Shown here piece after piece: positions 53,087 to 61,695 of a stretch of DNA of 64,000 nt; within the stretch, counting starts at the first letter, position 1, and each line of letters begins with the position of its first letter. Below the pieces are notes generated by a model. It was not told the origin of the DNA. It ran no database searches and saw nothing but the letters and a program-made list of their open reading frames with translations. The stretch is taken from contig CAWEJK010000009.1 of NCBI GenBank assembly GCA_963809425.1, forward strand, positions 319,982 to 383,981, written 5' to 3'. Source of the stretch: Thermoanaerobaculia bacterium. GTDB taxonomy: Bacteria; Acidobacteriota; Thermoanaerobaculia; UBA5066. The position numbers were made by a program, and so were the translations under genes.

Positions 53087-54763
53087 TCATTGGCGCGCCG
53101 GGACCTCGGGGGCCCAGCCGGCGTCCGGCGCGACGACCCAGTTGTGGTCCGACTGCGGGCGTATGTGGCCGACCTTCCGAAGCCGCTCGATGAGGAGCTC
53201 GCGGATCTCGTCGGGAATCTCCTTGACGACCCTGGCGCCCTTGAGCGCCTTGTATCCGCCCGAGCCCTGGGCCCGGTAGGAGTTCACCGCGAGCGTGAAC
53301 CGGTCCGACGGCTGCACGGGGCGTCCGCGGTAGGCGAGGTCCTTGATACGCGAGCCCGGAGGCGCGGTCGGGTCGATGCGGTACGTCGCGCCCTGAATGA
53401 CATCGAAGTTGTAGGGGATCATCCCTTCCTTCGGCTTCAGGACGAGCCGGCCGGCCTCCCACGCCGCGCTCCCGTAGAACTCGGCGGCGTGCTCGAGGCA
53501 GGCCTTGAGGGTCGCCCCGTCGATCTCGATCGCGACGAGCGCGTTCTCGTACGGATAGAGCGTGTAGACGTTTCGGACCTTGATCGGGCCCTTGCGGAAG
53601 CCCTCGAACCGCCCGGGGAGAAGCGACGTCATCGAGAGGTCCGCCCCGGTGGCGTCCCGCATCGTGTCGTTCACGAAGTCGAGAAGCGCCGTGTCCTCGA
53701 GCCGGGCGCGCGCGCCCGGGAAATCCTCCTCGGCGACTGCGACCTGCTCGTCCATGTAGGCACGCGCCTCGGCGTCATGGGGCGCCGCGATCGCGGCTAC
53801 GACGGGATCCGTCGCGACGGAGGCGTCCGAGGGAAGAAGCGCGGCGGAAACGTCCGCGACGCTCACCTTCCCGCCGGACGTCTCGAACGTGACGTCCACC
53901 CGCGCGAGAACGTCGCCCCAGCGGCCCGGCTGGATCATCGGAACGCCGTTGAGCCGCGTCAGCGGTATGCGCCGGTGGGTGTGCCCCGTCAGGAGAAGGT
54001 CGATCCCGGGGACCTTCGAGAGCGCGACGACGCGGTTCTCGTCGTTCGTGCCGTCGGGCTCGCCCGTCTTCAAGTCGACCTCCGGCCCGCTGTGGATGAG
54101 CGCGACGACGAAGTCGCACTTCTCCTTCACGCGCAGGACGGGCACGAGGCGGGCGGCCGCCTCCACCGGGTCCTCCCAGCGCAGGCCGGGGCGGTTGCGC
54201 GCGGGCTCCCAGTTCGGAATGTTCGGCGTCGTGAGGCCGAGAACGCCGATCCGGATACCCGCGACGGTCTTCACGAGGTACTCGGGGAACGCGGCGGAGC
54301 CGTCCGAGACGTTCCGCGTGTTCGAGGACAGCCAGGGAAACGCGGACTCCTTCTGCGCCTTGCGCAGAACCGCGAGCCCGAAGTTGAACTCGTGGTTCCC
54401 GACGGACATCGCGTCGTACTTGAGGGCGCTCATCGCCTCGGCCATCGGGTCGGGACCCTTCGAGGAGTCCTTCGCGTGCAGGAACTCGATCGGCGTGCCC
54501 TGGATCGTGTCGCCCGCGTCGAGAAGGAGGACGTTCGGCGTTTCCTTGCGGATCGCGGCGACGCGCGAGGCGACGCGGGCCAGGCCCTCGTCCGCGGGCC
54601 GGGCGCGCTGGTAGTCCCACGGCAGGAGGTGGCCGTGCAGGTCGGTCGTCTGCAGGATCGTGACGGCGACCCGGTCCGCTCCGGCCAGGGAACCCACGGC
54701 CAGAAACGCGGCCGAAGCGGCAACCGCGAGCGCGCGACGCACAAAGCGGAAAGAGAGCCTCAA
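53087..54763 (-). CDS. Bifunctional 2',3'-cyclic-nucleotide 2'-phosphodiesterase/5'-nucleotidase-family metallophosphoesterase (secreted)
   Basis: Metallophosphatase motifs are present (ILQTTDLHGHL, LLDAGDTIQGT, GNHEFNFG, GHTHRRI) together with a 5'-nucleotidase C-terminal domain. The TTG start at 54763 is uncertain. Confidence 0.7.
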   Translation of the reverse strand: MRLSFRFVRRALAVAASAAFLAVGSLAGADRVAVTILQTTDLHGHLLPWDYQRARPADEGLARVASRVAAIRKETPNVLLLDAGDTIQGTPIEFLHAKDSSKGPDPMAEAMSALKYDAMSVGNHEFNFGLAVLRKAQKESAFPWLSSNTRNVSDGSAAFPEYLVKTVAGIRIGVLGLTTPNIPNWEPARNRPGLRWEDPVEAAARLVPVLRVKEKCDFVVALIHSGPEVDLKTGEPDGTNDENRVVALSKVPGIDLLLTGHTHRRIPLTRLNGVPMIQPGRWGDVLARVDVTFETSGGKVSVADVSAALLPSDASVATDPVVAAIAAPHDAEARAYMDEQVAVAEEDFPGARARLEDTALLDFVNDTMRDATGADLSMTSLLPGRFEGFRKGPIKVRNVYTLYPYENALVAIEIDGATLKACLEHAAEFYGSAAWEAGRLVLKPKEGMIPYNFDVIQGATYRIDPTAPPGSRIKDLAYRGRPVQPSDRFTLAVNSYRAQGSGGYKALKGARVVKEIPDEIRELLIERLRKVGHIRPQSDHNWVVAPDAGWAPEVPARQ

Positions 54764-54871
54764 GACGGTGACCGTCTTAACACTACCGCAAGGGGGGATC
54801 AAGAATGCGAATTGCTTATTTCCCCGATCCACGTTTCCACCCTGACGACCTCGCGGGTATCCTCCGCCCTC

Positions 54872-55540
54872 ATGCCGGCGAAGCGTCTCCCGCCCGCGCC
54901 CGTCCCCGACGCGCTCGCCCGCCTCGAGCACCTTTACGGCGACGCGGGCTGCTCGCTCGATTTCGGACGGCCGCTCGAGCTCCTCGTCGCGACGATTCTC
55001 TCGGCACAGTGCACGGACGCGCGCGTGAACCTCGTGACGCCCGAAGTCTTCAGGCGATTCCCAGACGTGGCCGCGCTTGCCACGGCGCCTCCCGGCGCCC
55101 TCGAGGAGGTCATCCGCTCGACGGGTTTCTTCAACGCGAAGGCGAAGTCCCTGCGCGGGATGGCGCGGGCGCTCGTCGAGAAGCACGCCGGCGAGGTCCC
55201 GCGCACGATGGAGGCGCTTCTCGCCCTGCCCGGCGTGGGACGCAAGACGGCGAACGTCGTTCTCGGAAACGTCTGGGGCACGCCCGACGGCGTTGTCGTG
55301 GACACCCACGTCGGCCGGCTCGCGCGGCGTCTCGGCTGGACGCGCGAGACCGATGCCGTCAAGGCCGAGCGGGATCTCAACGCGATCATCCCGAAGGAGA
55401 GATGGACCTGGATTTCCCATGCCCTCATCCAGCACGGCCGCCGCATCTGCACCTCGCAGCGCCCGAAGTGCGACCTCTGCACGCTCGCGGACACCTGTCC
55501 GAAGGTGGGCGTGGTCTCAAGAGAGACAAATGGAAACAAA
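54872..55540 (+). CDS. nth: Endonuclease III (DNA glycosylase/AP lyase, [4Fe-4S]); 3' end uncertain because there is no in-frame stop before the repeat region
   Basis: HhH-GPD motif LPGVGRKTANVVLGNV, catalytic Lys/Asp region, and the Fe-S cluster motif CTSQRPKCDLCTLADTC are present. The frame then runs through 55541-55766 into tdk without a stop. Confidence 0.8.
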
Positions 55541-55760
55541 GCTGCTAAGAAAATTGGAGGAAAAGAGAAAGAGAAGATTTCTTTGAAAGTGAAGAGGGCA
55601 GCGGCCACAGGCGCGGTGCGCCGAGTTCGGCATGCGAAACGCCCTCCGCGCCTTCTGAGAAGTCCCCGGTTCCGAACGCGCGGCCGCAGGCCGCGTGCAG
55701 AACTCCCGTTCCCCTCGCGCGGCCGAAGGCCGCGCGCAAGTCTTTCTCCCGCAAAGGACC
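55541..55760. repeat. Polypurine tract plus GC-rich hairpin region (element C) between nth and tdk
   Basis: AAGCTGCTAAGAAAATTGGAGGAAAAGAGAAAGAGAAGATTTCTTTGAAAGTGAAGAGGG is followed by the hairpins CGCGCGGCCGCAGGCCGCGTGC and CGCGCGGCCGAAGGCCGCGCGC, then GTCTTTCTCCC. It shares the GAAGATTTCTT(A/T)GAAGG motif with 18239, 31190 and 29635. Confidence 0.4.
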
Positions 55761-55766
55761 CTCCCG

Positions 55767-56381
55767 ATGACACCACCCGGAGTCGGTTCCATCGAAGTGA
55801 TCTGCGGCTCGATGTTCTCGGGCAAGTCCGAGGAGCTGATTCGCCGCCTGACGCGCGCGCAGATCGCGCGGCGCCGCGTGCAGGTGTTCAAGCCGAGGAT
55901 CGACGACCGCTACTCGGAAGTCGAGGTGGTCTCGCACGGGGGCCTCCGGCTCGTGGCCGTCGCCGTCGCGAACTCTGCCGACGTGTTCGAGAGGACCGAC
56001 GCGCGCACGGAAGTCGTGGGGCTCGATGAAGTTCAGTTTTTCGATGCCGGAATCGTCGACGTCGCGAGCCGCCTCGCCGACCTCGGCAAGCGGGTCATCG
56101 CCGCAGGCCTCGACCAGGACTATCTCGGTAGGCCGTTCGAGCCGATGCCCGCGCTCATGGCGGCCGCCGAAGAGATCACGAAAACGCGCGCCATCTGCGT
56201 GCGCTGCGGCGCGCCCGCGAGCCGCACCCAGCGCCTCGTGGACTCGAAGGAACGCGTCGTGGTGGGCGCCGCAGGCCTGTACGAAGCGCGCTGCCGGCGC
56301 TGCTTCGAGCCAGGCGTCGCCTCGGTCGAGGGCTCGCTCCCATTTCCCGAAGACGGGGACGGGACTCGCTCAAACCCCTGA
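55767..56381 (+). CDS. tdk: Thymidine kinase
   Basis: The internal ATG at 55767 is preferred over the ORF-track start at 55695. P-loop GSMFSGKSEEL and the C-terminal zinc ribbon (CVRCGAP...RCRRCF) are present. Confidence 0.85.
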   Translation: MTPPGVGSIEVICGSMFSGKSEELIRRLTRAQIARRRVQVFKPRIDDRYSEVEVVSHGGLRLVAVAVANSADVFERTDARTEVVGLDEVQFFDAGIVDVASRLADLGKRVIAAGLDQDYLGRPFEPMPALMAAAEEITKTRAICVRCGAPASRTQRLVDSKERVVVGAAGLYEARCRRCFEPGVASVEGSLPFPEDGDGTRSNP

Positions 56382-56694
56382 CGCGGCGAGGCTTCGGATG
56401 AAACGCAGAGCTTCTGTGGGTTTCCCTGTGAATTCCGGTGTGCAAAAAGCCGAGGATTCCTCGCCGATGCGTTCTTCGGGACTTTGCACACGTTTGGGTG
56501 CAAACCCCGAAGTTGTTTTCTGACAGCTATTTGCGCTCTCGACGCCAGGTAAAGACCGCGCAAACCCTTTTTCCGTGCGGCTTCCGGCGAATTACACAAT
56601 GGCGAGACGGCTCTCCATGCGGTTCGGAGCTTCTCGCGACTCTCCAAACCCGCATGGAATGCCGGTTTGGCGCGGTTCCGGGCCGCAGCCGGAC

Positions 56695-58275
56695 TCACCA
56701 GGCCGTTGTCTCATGATGCTCGCCGAAGACCGAACGCAGGGACTCCACGATCTCTCCGAGCGTGACGAGATCCGTCACCGCTTCCAGCATCGGCGGCAGG
56801 ACGTTTCGCCCCTCGCTGGCCGCTTCGACGAGCGCCGCGCGCCGTCTTTCCACGGCAGCCGCATCGCGGCGCGCGCGCAGCGCATCGAGGCGCGCGACCT
56901 GATCGGCCTCCACGCCCGGATCGACCACGAGAGTCGGTATCGCCCGGGCTTCCGGCGAGGCGAACGCGTTGACGCCGACGACGACCTGCTCTCCCCCCTC
57001 GATCGCGCGCTGGGCACGCCACGCGCTCTCCTGGATCTCGCGCTGGAAGAACCCGGCCTCGATCGCCTTCAGGGCGCCGCCCATCGCGTCGATTTTCCGG
57101 ATGAGAGCGCCGGCTCCGTCGACGAGGCCCGCCGTAAGGGCTTCGATCGCCCACGAGCCTCCGAGCGGATCGACGACGCGCGCGACCCCCGTCTCGTGCG
57201 CGATGACCTGCTGGGTGCGGAGCGCGAGGAGCGCGGAGGCCTCGGTGGGAAGCGACAGGGCTTCGTCCTTTCCATTCGTGTGGAGCGACTGCGTCCCGCC
57301 GAGGACCGCCGCGAGGGCCTGGATCGCGACGCGGACGACGTTCACGTCGGGCTGCTGCGCGGTGAGCGTCGAGCCCGCCGTCTGGGTGTGAAAGCGCATC
57401 GCCGCCCCGCGCGGGTCCACGATCCCGAACCGCTCGCCCACGAGCCGCGCCCAGAGGGTCCGCGCGGCGCGGAACTTCGCGATCTCCTCGAGGAAATCGT
57501 TGTGAACGTTGAAGAAGAAAGACAGCCGGGGCGCGATCGCGGCGGGGTCGAGGCCCGCGGCGCGCGCCGCGGCGAGGTACTCGAGCCCGTCCGCGAGCGT
57601 GAACGCGATTTCCTGCACGGCCGTCGCCCCGGCCTCCCGGATGTGGTACCCCGAGATGGAGATCGTGTTCCAGCGCGGGACGTTCTCCAGACAGAACGCG
57701 AAGACGTCCGTCACGAGACGCATGGATGGTTTCGGTGGAAACGCGTACGTCCCCCGGGCCGCGTATTCCTTGAGGATGTCGTTCTGGATCGTTCCCGAAA
57801 GCTTCTGCCAGGAGGTTCCGCGGCCTTTCGCGACCGCGAGGAGAAACGCGAGGAGGATCGACGCGGTCGCGTTGATCGTCATGGAGATCGACACGGCGTC
57901 GAGCGGAATACCGTCGAGGAGCGTTTCCATGTCCTCGAGGGACGCGACGGGAACGCCGACCTTGCCGACCTCGCCGCGCGCGAGCGCGTGGTCCGAGTCG
58001 AAGCCGATCTGGGTCGGGAGATCGAAGGCCACGGAAAGGCCCGTCTGCCCACGGTCGAGAAGAAACCGGTATCGGCGGTTCGACTCTTTCGCGCTCGAAA
58101 ATCCCGAGTATTGCCGCATCGTCCAGAGCTTCGTGCGGTAGCCTCCGGGGAGAGGCCCGCGCGTGAAGGGGGCCACTCCCGGAAGGGAAGGCGCCCAGTC
58201 GGGCGGGACGTCCTCCGGACGGTAGACCGTCCTGAGGGGCAGACCGGGGGCCGCGGGCTCCGTGAAATCGCTCAT
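56695..58275 (-). CDS. Methylmalonyl-CoA mutase-family catalytic (N-terminal, substrate-binding) subunit, lacking a fused B12-binding domain
   Basis: The internal ATG at 58275 ([23 protein letters not shown]) is preferred; the upstream 370 codons of ORF 56695..59388 are junk. The MCM TIM-barrel sequence is present (...[53 protein letters not shown]...). The protein ends after the barrel, about 526 aa. Confidence 0.8.
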   Translation of the reverse strand: MSDFTEPAAPGLPLRTVYRPEDVPPDWAPSLPGVAPFTRGPLPGGYRTKLWTMRQYSGFSSAKESNRRYRFLLDRGQTGLSVAFDLPTQIGFDSDHALARGEVGKVGVPVASLEDMETLLDGIPLDAVSISMTINATASILLAFLLAVAKGRGTSWQKLSGTIQNDILKEYAARGTYAFPPKPSMRLVTDVFAFCLENVPRWNTISISGYHIREAGATAVQEIAFTLADGLEYLAAARAAGLDPAAIAPRLSFFFNVHNDFLEEIAKFRAARTLWARLVGERFGIVDPRGAAMRFHTQTAGSTLTAQQPDVNVVRVAIQALAAVLGGTQSLHTNGKDEALSLPTEASALLALRTQQVIAHETGVARVVDPLGGSWAIEALTAGLVDGAGALIRKIDAMGGALKAIEAGFFQREIQESAWRAQRAIEGGEQVVVGVNAFASPEARAIPTLVVDPGVEADQVARLDALRARRDAAAVERRRAALVEAASEGRNVLPPMLEAVTDLVTLGEIVESLRSVFGEHHETTAW

Positions 58276-58374
58276 GACCCCGATGCTAATCTCGACACGC
58301 CGTGGTTTGAAAGGGCGGCGGGAGCGACGCGCAATCCGCGCTCCGGGCGGCTTCGTGTCAAACTCTTCGCGGCC

Positions 58375-59811
58375 GTGGCACGCACGCTCAGCGGAAACCT
58401 CGACACGTTCTCCCTCGCCGACCTTCTTCAGTGGCTGGAGATCAACGCTCTCTCCGGCCGCGTGACGGTCTGGCGCGGAGAGGTTCTGCGCACGATCGAC
58501 CTCAAGGGCGGGGCGATCGTCTTCGTCTCCTCGTCCCTGCCGAACGAGCGGCTCGGCATCTACCTGACGCGCCGGAGGATCCTGTCCGAGGCCGCGGTGT
58601 ACGAGCTTCTCGCCGAGAGCTTCGCGACCGGCAAGAACCTCACGCGCCTCATCCTGGAGCGCGACCTCCTCGCACGCGAGAAGCTCGCCGAGGCCGTCGA
58701 GGGCCTCGCGATGAAGATCCTCCTCGACCTGTTCCAGTGGGCGGGCGCCTCGTTCGAATTCGACCCGCTCTTCAAGATCGAGGACCTGATCCGGATCCAC
58801 CTGTCGTTGCGCGGGCAGGTTCTCGCGTTCCACGGCGCCAAGGCCATGGACGACTCCCGCGTGAACGTCGGAACCGCCACCGGTGCGGACGAAACGGGCG
58901 CGCGCTGGGAGAGGGAGTTCAAACCGGACGCGCTCGCCTCCCTGTTCTGGACGATCCTCGAGGGCCTTCCCGGCGAGGTGCCCGCGCCGGCCGCTCTTCG
59001 CGAGGCGTTCCAGGGCTTCACCTCGTTCGCGAACCGCGTCCACAAGCGGCTGCGCGAACCCGCGCGGCTTTTCCCGATCTACGACGACACGGCCACGATG
59101 CTGCGGGCGTCCCTCGACGAGGGCGGGGATCCCGAGCGCCTCGTCCAGGTCGCCGCGCTCGACCCTTTTCTCACCATCGATCTCCTGTACCTCGCGAACT
59201 CGCTGCGCACGGAGCCGGCCGAGCTGATCGGGACGGCTCGGGAAGCGGTCCGGGTCGCGGGACCGCCGGCCATCCGGCGCTTCGCCGGCCTCCTCGCGGA
59301 CGCGGGGTCTCCGAAGGTGCCGTCGGAGGAGAAGATGGAGCGCGTCGTCAGGCGCTCGGCGCTGTCCACCGCGGTGGCCAGCTCGCATCTCGCCGAGGAG
59401 TTCGGCCTCGAGCGGGAGGACGCGTACACGCTCGGGCTCCTCGAGCCTCTCGGCAGCTACGAGCTCCTCAAACTGTTGATTTCGGTGGCTTTTCCGCCGG
59501 GGCCAATTCGCGCCGCCGCCCTTTCGCGCTTCCGGGCGGCCGCGGGCCGCGTCCTGGCCCGGAAATTGAATCTCCCCCAGACGGTCGAGGATGTTCTCGG
59601 CTCGAGCGGGCGCGTCACGATGAAATGCCCGGTCGTCGAACGGATGATCTTTCTCGCCAAGCAGGCCGCTCCCTCGGAACAGATCGGACAGGAGTGGTCG
59701 AGCGACGATCCGCGACTGACGGAGCAGGTCGTCGCCCTCACCGCGCGCCGTGAGCGGTGCGATGTGATTTCCCGGGATGCGGCGATGCTGCGAGACATCC
59801 TGCAGCTTTGA
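58375..59811 (+). CDS. DUF4388 (PatA-N-like) domain signalling protein with C-terminal HDOD-like domain
   Basis: The motif [45 protein letters not shown] is typical of DUF4388. The C-terminal ~250 aa are helical with HDOD-like character. The GTG start at 58375 is uncertain. Confidence 0.4.
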   Translation: MARTLSGNLDTFSLADLLQWLEINALSGRVTVWRGEVLRTIDLKGGAIVFVSSSLPNERLGIYLTRRRILSEAAVYELLAESFATGKNLTRLILERDLLAREKLAEAVEGLAMKILLDLFQWAGASFEFDPLFKIEDLIRIHLSLRGQVLAFHGAKAMDDSRVNVGTATGADETGARWEREFKPDALASLFWTILEGLPGEVPAPAALREAFQGFTSFANRVHKRLREPARLFPIYDDTATMLRASLDEGGDPERLVQVAALDPFLTIDLLYLANSLRTEPAELIGTAREAVRVAGPPAIRRFAGLLADAGSPKVPSEEKMERVVRRSALSTAVASSHLAEEFGLEREDAYTLGLLEPLGSYELLKLLISVAFPPGPIRAAALSRFRAAAGRVLARKLNLPQTVEDVLGSSGRVTMKCPVVERMIFLAKQAAPSEQIGQEWSSDDPRLTEQVVALTARRERCDVISRDAAMLRDILQL

Positions 59812-59847
59812 GCTTCACTCTTCTCACTTCTTTCACCGAGGTCACCC

Positions 59848-61482
59848 ATGAACGTCGCCCGTCTTCCGCGGCCCGTCTTCGCCCTGCTTCTTCTCCCCGC
59901 CCTCTCGTCCGTGGCGGACGCGGTCGACGCCCCTCTCCGATCCCCGGGCGTGCGCGCGGCCGTCGACGTCACCGTGATGGACCTCGACGTGGTCGCGAGG
60001 GGGAAAGACGGCCGGAACGTGCCGGACCTCACGCGAGCCGAAATCTCGGTGACGGTGGACGGCAAGCCGCTTCCGCTCGACTATTTCGCCCGGATCGAAT
60101 CGGGCCAGCTCCACGGCCCGGACCTCGCGACCGCGTCGCCGGACTTCATCCTCGAGACGACCGCGGCGGGCCCCGACCGGTACGTGCCGCGCCAGTTCCT
60201 GGTTTTCTTCGACGACGAGCACCTCCTGCCGACCGACCGCAAGCGCGTCATCGAAGGTCTTCGCGATTTCGTCACCCGGCTTTCCCCCTCGGACAGCATG
60301 GCGATCCTGTCGTACAACAGCTCGTCGCACGTCATCACCCCGTTCACGAGCTCCAAGGAGACCCTTCTCGACGGCCTCTCGCGCCTCGAGCACGTCGCCT
60401 CGCGGGGGCTTCACTGGGAATCGCAGTTCCGCCAGGACGTGAATCTCGCGCGGCGATCGCGCGCGTCGACCCGTGACGCCATCATCCGGAGCTATGCCGA
60501 CCAGATCAGAAGCCGCGAGAAAGGCACGCTCGACGAGCTCAAGCGCGCGTTCGCGGCTCTCGCGGCGCGCTCCGGCAAGCGCGTGGCGTTCTGGGTCTCG
60601 AGCGGGATCGAGCTCCGGCCCGGGCAGACGTTCGCCCAGGCCCTCGCTTCGTCGCCGTTGAACCAGTTCGAGGTTTCCGTCGCCGAGGACTTCCGCGCCG
60701 TCGTCGCCGAGGCAAACCGGTCCGGCATCACCGTGCACGCGCTCGACGCGCGCGGCCTCGCGACCGACACGGACGCCTCCGAGCCGGATGCTCCCGTCGT
60801 GTCCTCGTTTTCGGCCGACGTGAATCGCCGCGAGGCGCTCGCAGGCCTCGCCGAAGAAACGGGCGGAATCCTCGTCCGGAATCGCAACACGTTCGGCGGT
60901 GCCCTCGAGCGCATCTATCAGGAGTCGGCGAGCTACTACTCGATCGGGGTCACGCTCACATCCCTCGACCCGAAGAAGACCGACCACACGGTGCGGGTCA
61001 CGTCGACGCGTCCGGGCGTGACGGTTCGCGCGCGCCGCGCTTACGGCGCGAAGACCGCGGACGCGAGCGCCCGCGACCGTATGGAGCTCGCGCTCGTGAC
61101 GCCGGACGCAAGCGGCGAGTTCCCCGTCACGCTCGCGATCGGCCCCGCGAAAAAGGGAGGCGGTATCGGGCGCCGGCTCGCGCCGTTCAAGGTCTCCGTC
61201 CCCCTCTCCGCGTTCACGTTCCTCGACGAGGGACAGAAGAAGAAGGCGGTCGTGGACGTCTCTCTCGCGGCCGTCGAGGACAGCGGCGCGCGTTCGAACG
61301 CGGTTCCGGATCGCAAGACGATCCTCGTGGACGCGTCGGCCCTCGCGAAGGCCGAGCACGAACCGTTCGTGTACACGGGCGAGGTCAAGTCCCGCAAGGG
61401 CAACATGCGGTTCGTGGCGACCGTGCGAGACGTGGCGACGAACCGCATCGGCGTCGGCTCGGCGAGCGTGAGGGTCGAGTAG
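59848..61482 (+). CDS. Secreted VWA-domain protein (paralog of 26424..28064)
   Basis: Signal peptide MNVARLPRPVFALLLLPALSSVADA. It shares the architecture and conserved blocks (VDGKPLPLDYF, ...ATNRIG...) with 26424..28064. Confidence 0.5.
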   Translation: MNVARLPRPVFALLLLPALSSVADAVDAPLRSPGVRAAVDVTVMDLDVVARGKDGRNVPDLTRAEISVTVDGKPLPLDYFARIESGQLHGPDLATASPDFILETTAAGPDRYVPRQFLVFFDDEHLLPTDRKRVIEGLRDFVTRLSPSDSMAILSYNSSSHVITPFTSSKETLLDGLSRLEHVASRGLHWESQFRQDVNLARRSRASTRDAIIRSYADQIRSREKGTLDELKRAFAALAARSGKRVAFWVSSGIELRPGQTFAQALASSPLNQFEVSVAEDFRAVVAEANRSGITVHALDARGLATDTDASEPDAPVVSSFSADVNRREALAGLAEETGGILVRNRNTFGGALERIYQESASYYSIGVTLTSLDPKKTDHTVRVTSTRPGVTVRARRAYGAKTADASARDRMELALVTPDASGEFPVTLAIGPAKKGGGIGRRLAPFKVSVPLSAFTFLDEGQKKKAVVDVSLAAVEDSGARSNAVPDRKTILVDASALAKAEHEPFVYTGEVKSRKGNMRFVATVRDVATNRIGVGSASVRVE

Positions 61483-61695
61483 AGCCTGTTCGAATCCATT
61501 CCCGTGGATTGAGATTCAATATCTGGCACGCGCTCTCGCGGGCGAACTAGGTATTCGCGCCTTCATCACGCTCCTGGGCCATCTCGAACCATGGCCTCGT
61601 CCTTGCGAAGCGCAGACGCGCATTTTTGAATGTTGCGATTCCAGTTCTCGAGTGTCGGCGTGCCGGTTCAATTGACGAATGGATGGAGGATTCGC

